A stretch of 51,141 bases of DNA from Bacteriovorax stolpii (GTDB taxonomy: Bacteria; Bdellovibrionota; Bacteriovoracia; Bacteriovoracales; Bacteriovoracaceae), in assembly GCA_945885655.1 (NCBI GenBank), contig CAMCZE010000001.1:1-51141 (forward strand), in the 5' to 3' direction. The translations under genes and the position numbers were made by a program. Below the pieces are notes generated by a model that worked only from the letters and a program-made list of their open reading frames with translations, made no database searches and was not told where the DNA came from. Positions 46,026-51,141 of the stretch are shown here, piece after piece; the stretch's first letter is position 1; every line of letters starts with the position of its first letter.

Positions 46026-46889
46026 ATGATGCAATCTCACGATAAACTTAAGGTCATCGTTATTTCGGATGGTACCGGAGAGACGGCTTCGGCCATTACT
46101 CGAGCGGCCATGACTCAATTTCAAGAAAAAGAAATATTTTTCACCCGTTATAAGAATATCCGTTCTCGCGAACAAATTGATGCAATATTTCAAGAAGCTG
46201 CCATTCATCATGATATCGTTGTTTATACCATTGTTTCAGTTGAACTTCGGGCCTATATCGCAGAACTTTCTAAACGGGATCATGTTCGATCAGTAGATGT
46301 CATGGGCCCACTTTTAACGACTTTTTCAAACTTTTTTGAAGCTGAACCGAACTATCGCCCTGGTCTTCTTCACGCAGTGAATGATCAGTATTTTAAACGA
46401 GTCGCAGCGATTGAGTTTACCCTCAATCATGATGACGGTCGAAATATCAGCTCACTGGATGAGACTGATGTCGTTCTTGTCGGCATTTCCAGAACTTCTA
46501 AAACGCCCTTATCGATGTACCTATCCTTGGAAGGTATTAAAGTCGTAAATGTTCCGATCGTGATGGGTGTCACTTTACCTGAAAAACTTTTTCAAATCGA
46601 TCAACGTAAGATTTTTGGCCTCACCATTGATCCTGATGCACTTTTTCAAATCAGAAAGAATCGCCTCTCTCGTCTTGGGCTAACAAACGATGAGGGTGAT
46701 TACGCTGATATCGCAAAAGTTTCAGAAGAGATTGAATGGGCCAATAACATTTTTTCTGAAAATAAGCGGTGGCCTATTTTCAACGTAACCGGCAAAGCTC
46801 TTGAAGAAACAGCAGCTGAGATCATTAAACTTCTCAATATGAGAAAAGTTAATCGTTTCAAACAGTCTAAACGTTTTGCAGAAGAGTGA
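46026..46889 (+). CDS. PEP synthase / pyruvate phosphate dikinase regulatory kinase-pyrophosphorylase (PSRP, DUF299)
   Basis: ISDGTGETA, YFKRVAAIEF...HDDG, GISRTSKTPLS, ALEETA. Confidence 0.92.
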   Translation: MMQSHDKLKVIVISDGTGETASAITRAAMTQFQEKEIFFTRYKNIRSREQIDAIFQEAAIHHDIVVYTIVSVELRAYIAELSKRDHVRSVDVMGPLLTTFSNFFEAEPNYRPGLLHAVNDQYFKRVAAIEFTLNHDDGRNISSLDETDVVLVGISRTSKTPLSMYLSLEGIKVVNVPIVMGVTLPEKLFQIDQRKIFGLTIDPDALFQIRKNRLSRLGLTNDEGDYADIAKVSEEIEWANNIFSENKRWPIFNVTGKALEETAAEIIKLLNMRKVNRFKQSKRFAEE

Positions 46890-46908
46890 GATAAGTATTG
46901 GATCCTGA

Positions 46909-48861
46909 TTATTCTAAAAAATGTTTTTTATTTTCTTCAATTATAAATTCTACTTTTTTCTCGGTCCCTAAAATTGGATTCACAACTTTTGCTTGATAAG
47001 TTCCTTCTGGGATTTGCATGTCTTTGAAAGGTAAGGTGCGCTCAATAATTTCACCAGACTCTTCATAAATAAGTTTTGACCCAGCAGTATAGTTTTGAGA
47101 GGTTGTCATTACTCCGACACGAGCTTTTTGAAGCACCGGAATCGTTACAACTCTTGATGAGTCATTTTTAGAAAGTCCCACCTTCGCATTAAAGTTAAGG
47201 TAACCCGATTTTCTGATAGCAATATTTACTTCCTGATCTAAAGGAACTTTTAATGCCCCCACATACTCTACCTTTTCACCATTCAAATAAACTTCCATCG
47301 TGTAATCATAACCACTCAGGACAACTTTACCTTGGTGCTGAGTCGCCTCATCTACCTGCGCTGCTGATGAACCTCTTTTTCCAACTTTTGCCACTGAAGA
47401 GATCGCTCTCTCAGCTTTATCACCATGAATGATTTTTTTTAAATTAAGGCCTGTCATTTCTTCAACCATATCTGATTGAAAATATGCCACACCAGCTAAA
47501 GAAGCAGTGAGAACAATCATCAGCAAACTTCCTGACGATGAAGATTCCTCTTTCTCAGCTAATTCTTTTTTAGTAATAAATCGGCTATTCGTTGCGCCTT
47601 TTTTGGAGGATGACAAATTTCCAGGTTTCTGAGTTTTAATCCCAATTTTTGTATTTTGTGCAACAGCAGGAGAACCCTGTCTATTAAATTTTCTCGTCCC
47701 AGTGGCTTCCTTCTGATTCGTATCAATCTCAATCGGCTGAGAGGACTTATCATCAAGAGTCATTTCAAATTCACGGACCTTGATTCTTTCTTCAACTGGA
47801 ACATTATTCTGAATTCCTGCTTCTTTTTTACTTATTTTACCTGTACGGCTTTCTTCTTTTTTAAGATCTTCGATATAACCTTGAACATCTATTTTCCCGT
47901 ATTCAACAAACTTATTTTTATCGTTTGAAATCTCTACTTTGAAGAGCTCATCAGAAAAAGTTTGCAAGTCTGAAGCGTTAAATTCAGGGTATGTCGAATA
48001 TAAAAAACGAATCAAAGCACGGTTCATTTGATCGAGGTTATCATAACGGTGAGCTCTATCTTTAGAGAGGGCCTTCATCACAATCGCATCTAACTCTTTT
48101 GGTACTGATGGATTTATCTGAGAGGGAGGTACAATTTTACAGGCCTGAATCTGCTTTAGAACAGCAAGATCATTGTTTGCCTGAAAAAGTTTACGAGAAC
48201 AAAGAAGTTCCCACAATGTAATACCCACTGCAAATTCATCATAACGAGCATCTAACTCCAGTCCATCAAGATATTCAGGGGCAAGATAAGAGAGTTTCCC
48301 CTTAATTGTTCCCGCTTGAGTAGATTCGGAATTGGTGTTGGCCTTAGCAATACCAAAATCAATCACCTTCACAGCTCCATCATAAGTTAACATGATATTG
48401 TGAGGTGAAATATCTCGGTGAACAATGTTGTATGGCTTACCTGTTAATTTATCTGTAAAAGTATGAGCATAATGAAGGCCCAGACAAACCTGGGAGATGA
48501 TGTAACAAGAGATCTCAACAGGAAAAACAACCTTTCGTTCTTTTAATCGATCAAGATATTGTTTTAAGTTAGCACCATGGATGTACTCCATTGCTGTATA
48601 AAGTTGATTATTAGTTTTCCCGTAATCATATACTTGCATAATATTTGGATGAAGCATTCCAAATGTAATATTCAGCTCATCTTGGAACATACGAACAAAG
48701 GCTTCATCATTTGAAAATTGAGGCTGAACCATCTTAATAGCAACGACCTTATTGGCCTGTTCACCTAAATATCGGGCGCGACAGATCTTGGCCATTCCCC
48801 CATCAACGAGGTGGTCCAGAATCAAATACTTACCAAATCTTTGAAATTTTTTGTCGCTCAT
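46909..48861 (-). CDS. Membrane-anchored Hanks-type Ser/Thr protein kinase
   Basis: GGMAKI, VAIK, HPNI, HRDISPHN, DFGIAK, YLAPE; TM near residue 450; C-terminal PEGA-like beta region. Confidence 0.92.
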   Translation of the reverse strand: MSDKKFQRFGKYLILDHLVDGGMAKICRARYLGEQANKVVAIKMVQPQFSNDEAFVRMFQDELNITFGMLHPNIMQVYDYGKTNNQLYTAMEYIHGANLKQYLDRLKERKVVFPVEISCYIISQVCLGLHYAHTFTDKLTGKPYNIVHRDISPHNIMLTYDGAVKVIDFGIAKANTNSESTQAGTIKGKLSYLAPEYLDGLELDARYDEFAVGITLWELLCSRKLFQANNDLAVLKQIQACKIVPPSQINPSVPKELDAIVMKALSKDRAHRYDNLDQMNRALIRFLYSTYPEFNASDLQTFSDELFKVEISNDKNKFVEYGKIDVQGYIEDLKKEESRTGKISKKEAGIQNNVPVEERIKVREFEMTLDDKSSQPIEIDTNQKEATGTRKFNRQGSPAVAQNTKIGIKTQKPGNLSSSKKGATNSRFITKKELAEKEESSSSGSLLMIVLTASLAGVAYFQSDMVEEMTGLNLKKIIHGDKAERAISSVAKVGKRGSSAAQVDEATQHQGKVVLSGYDYTMEVYLNGEKVEYVGALKVPLDQEVNIAIRKSGYLNFNAKVGLSKNDSSRVVTIPVLQKARVGVMTTSQNYTAGSKLIYEESGEIIERTLPFKDMQIPEGTYQAKVVNPILGTEKKVEFIIEENKKHFLE

Positions 48862-48914
48862 AATGCCTCATGACTATATCGGATCATGGGAAATTATCTT
48901 GAGCGAAAACTCTT

Positions 48915-49445
48915 TTAAATATCGACTTCCAAGTATCCAAAACTTGGAAAGTTTATACCAAGCTTCGGAGTATCCATCCGAGTAGGCGCACGCTTACAAT
49001 AGCCTAAGATCTTGTAATTCATGATACGCCAATCAACGGCCGAAGGATGGGTTTTAAGATAGGAACCAAAACCATTTAAGACAACATCATCATAACCATT
49101 GAGCTTCATTTGTTCTCGAAAGTTAACGTGGGAAATTTTAGAAGGATCCGAGCTATAACTGACTGAAACGAGCAAGGATTCACATTTTGTGAAATACTCC
49201 ATTTCTGATGGTGAGAACCATTTTGAAAAAGGGGAATCAGGATCAGCTTTGTAAAGAAGGGTATCAAAATAGAGAGTCATGCCGTGATACCAACTCATTC
49301 TTTTAAAAGTGAGCGTATCATTCCAACTCTCTTTTTTAAAAACTCCGCCCTGGATATGAACCTTACCCGTAGTGGTTTGGTTATAACTTTGAGTATTCGC
49401 ACACCCAATAGCGAAAAGGAGGATGGGGAAAAGAATGGTTTTCAT
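48915..49445 (-). CDS. Hypothetical lipoprotein
   Basis: Start moved to ATG 49445 (SD AAGGAG, ATGA overlap); MKTILFPILLFAIGC lipobox. Confidence 0.7.
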   Translation of the reverse strand: MKTILFPILLFAIGCANTQSYNQTTTGKVHIQGGVFKKESWNDTLTFKRMSWYHGMTLYFDTLLYKADPDSPFSKWFSPSEMEYFTKCESLLVSVSYSSDPSKISHVNFREQMKLNGYDDVVLNGFGSYLKTHPSAVDWRIMNYKILGYCKRAPTRMDTPKLGINFPSFGYLEVDI

Positions 49446-50374
49446 GAATTCTCCTTGAGTCGCTTTTCTAGCCACTTTTTCATTGTTTCAAAAATGGACT
49501 GACGATCTATTTCATTCCATAGTTCATGATAGTGGTTTGGATATTGTATGATCTCAGTGATTCGTTTATCAATCCCATGAGCAAAAAGAGTTGTGCTTTC
49601 AGGATCAACGATTTTGTCCTTACCTGCGATCAAAAACAAGCTCGGTGTTCTAAGGTAGTATGAGAGGCCACGAATGCGGTCACAACCATCAATGACTTCT
49701 TTTGCCATTCTTACTGATATTGAGCGTGGAATAAGTGTATCGGTATCAAAATCATTGGCCCGGGCAGGATCTCGGGTAAGATCTGATCCGCCGTAGATCA
49801 TTGGCAAATGAACTCTAGAAATAAAAAGATTCAGTTTTTCTAAAAGTGGCACTGATGCCGGACCCAATACTAACTTTGCACGAATACAAGGGCTAGAAAA
49901 CATCATCCCATGCATAGGATAAGGCCATCCATAAGAAGAATCCAAAAAACACGTGAGTGTGATAAGTCCGCCTAGACTGTGTGCACAGATGAACGTTTTT
50001 GTTTCATCATTATTTTTTGTTTGAATGTACGATCCCACTTTCAAAAAATCTTCGACATAAGTTTTAAAACTCGGAACAAAAAGTCTCGGTCCACCACTCT
50101 TACCATGTCCAACATGGTCATATACTGTCACGGCAACTTCGTTATAACTTCTCAACCAGAAATCCACAAGCTCTTGGTGACGGCCAGAATGCTCCATTGC
50201 TCCATGTACGATCAAAAAATGAAGACGAGGCTTCCCTCTTGAAAAGTGTCTTACATAAAGAGATGACTCTCCATCAGATGATGGAATAAAATACTCTTCG
50301 GTCTCATAAGCAGAAATCGCTCGTGCCACTTTAGTTTTCTTGTAAGTATTTTTCGATGGAGCGTTTCGCCTCAT
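49442..50374 (-). CDS. Alpha/beta hydrolase, lysophospholipase/monoglyceride lipase-like
   Basis: VHGAMEHSGRH, DHVGHGKSGG, AHSLGG, GKDKIV, YHELWNE; likely start is GTG at 50329. Confidence 0.88.
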   Translation of the reverse strand: MRRNAPSKNTYKKTKVARAISAYETEEYFIPSSDGESSLYVRHFSRGKPRLHFLIVHGAMEHSGRHQELVDFWLRSYNEVAVTVYDHVGHGKSGGPRLFVPSFKTYVEDFLKVGSYIQTKNNDETKTFICAHSLGGLITLTCFLDSSYGWPYPMHGMMFSSPCIRAKLVLGPASVPLLEKLNLFISRVHLPMIYGGSDLTRDPARANDFDTDTLIPRSISVRMAKEVIDGCDRIRGLSYYLRTPSLFLIAGKDKIVDPESTTLFAHGIDKRITEIIQYPNHYHELWNEIDRQSIFETMKKWLEKRLKENS

Positions 50375-51116
50375 CTGTCAGGCCCTGGAAACGAAAAGAG
50401 AAACCTGAATTTCCTTCAAGTAACCGTACCACTACGCCAGAAGCTGTAAAATGATAATCTGTATTTTCAGGATGCACATTGATCGAAATCTTATCTCCGG
50501 CCAAACCTTTAAAATCATCAACAAGAACTTGAATGCCGCCAACAGAAATGTCTCGGCAGATTCCTTCAAATAGTTTTTTATTATTCTGAATAAAAAGTCT
50601 CGCTACAAAAGGTTTTCTTTGATTTACCCTTTTATCCACTTCTTTAATGATCGGAGGCATCTCAGCAAAGATTTCCTGATATTCAGGAAAATCGGCCAGG
50701 ATCTTCCAATTTTTTAGACCTTTATAATAAATAAATGATTTACCGTTGATTCTGTTCTCTTTAAAAAGTTGCTTAATTTGTTGTAAATTAAACGGTCCAT
50801 AATCATTAGAAATTCCTTCTCGATCAGATCCAATTCGTACATAAATCGAACGCTCGTTTCCAATTTCTTTAAGAGTAGGTTCTCGCTCCACTTTCGGCGA
50901 AGCTGCGAGGGGAAAATCTAATGATGGTGGTGATGCAATGTCGGCCAGGTTCTGAAGTTCTGAAACTTCTTTTATTTTTTTCCACGTTTCAAAACCTTTT
51001 TTCCAAACATGATCATCGTGCTTGAGTTCTTGCTTTTGTAACATCGACTCAATAACTTCGATGGCCACCGGACCGTGACGATTACCTTTTAAAACATAAT
51101 ACCAGTTGTCGGTCAT
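50331..51116 (-). CDS. Tandem GYF_2 (DUF4339)-like domains plus PilZ domain
   Basis: WYY...HGP...VWKKGFETW and YGPF...YKGLKNW repeats; PilZ RVNQR and DISVGG motifs; SD GAGG. Confidence 0.8.
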   Translation of the reverse strand: MTDNWYYVLKGNRHGPVAIEVIESMLQKQELKHDDHVWKKGFETWKKIKEVSELQNLADIASPPSLDFPLAASPKVEREPTLKEIGNERSIYVRIGSDREGISNDYGPFNLQQIKQLFKENRINGKSFIYYKGLKNWKILADFPEYQEIFAEMPPIIKEVDKRVNQRKPFVARLFIQNNKKLFEGICRDISVGGIQVLVDDFKGLAGDKISINVHPENTDYHFTASGVVVRLLEGNSGFSFRFQGLTDEAKRSIEKYLQEN

Positions 51117-51141
51117 AGAATCCTCAACCCATTGAAATGAT

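Noticed and set aside
1-51141. CRISPR arrays, tRNA/rRNA genes, riboswitches, IS elements or prophage genes
   Set aside because: None recognised; intergenic gaps are short and no integrase or transposase motifs were seen. A covariance-model scan was not possible

Overview
A 51 kb gene-dense, AT-rich bacterial chromosomal segment. Gene content (DgcB-like FHA-GGDEF, GYF_2-PilZ protein, myxobacterial-type Ser/Thr kinase) suggests Bdellovibrionota, probably Bacteriovoracia-like; this is inference. Left end: lapB, sppA and a secreted PLD-family nuclease. Centre (about 3.9-31.0 kb): a Wzx/Wzy-type surface polysaccharide locus with nine strand switches. It encodes a WecA-like initiator, seven GT4s, one GT2, a degenerate GT9, a flippase, a Wzy-like protein, a kinase-less Wzc with two tandem P-loop-less BY-pseudokinase-like proteins, a minimal SLBB export protein, a pyruvyltransferase, two OafA-type acyltransferases and an Fe/2OG dioxygenase. 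The best novel-system candidate is at 7845-11610. It is a Dlt-like acylation module: DltD-like SGNH protein, DltB-like MBOAT, an unannotated 35-aa DltX-like micropeptide ending GFQYEF, and a carrier protein. A divergently transcribed, Zn-type class II SerRS-like amino acid:[carrier protein] ligase stands in place of the adenylating enzyme DltA, which suggests aminoacylation of a Gram-negative surface glycan by a tRNA-synthetase paralog. Right part: a large charged repeat protein, rlmN, a degenerate GH35-like protein, two acyl-CoA dehydrogenases, pgi, FHA-GGDEF, a mutL lacking endonuclease motifs, miaA, cytochrome c peroxidase, PSRP, a Ser/Thr kinase, a lipoprotein, a lysophospholipase and GYF_2-PilZ. 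I recognised no rRNA, tRNA, CRISPR array or transposase. All family calls come from motif recognition by eye, without database searches.
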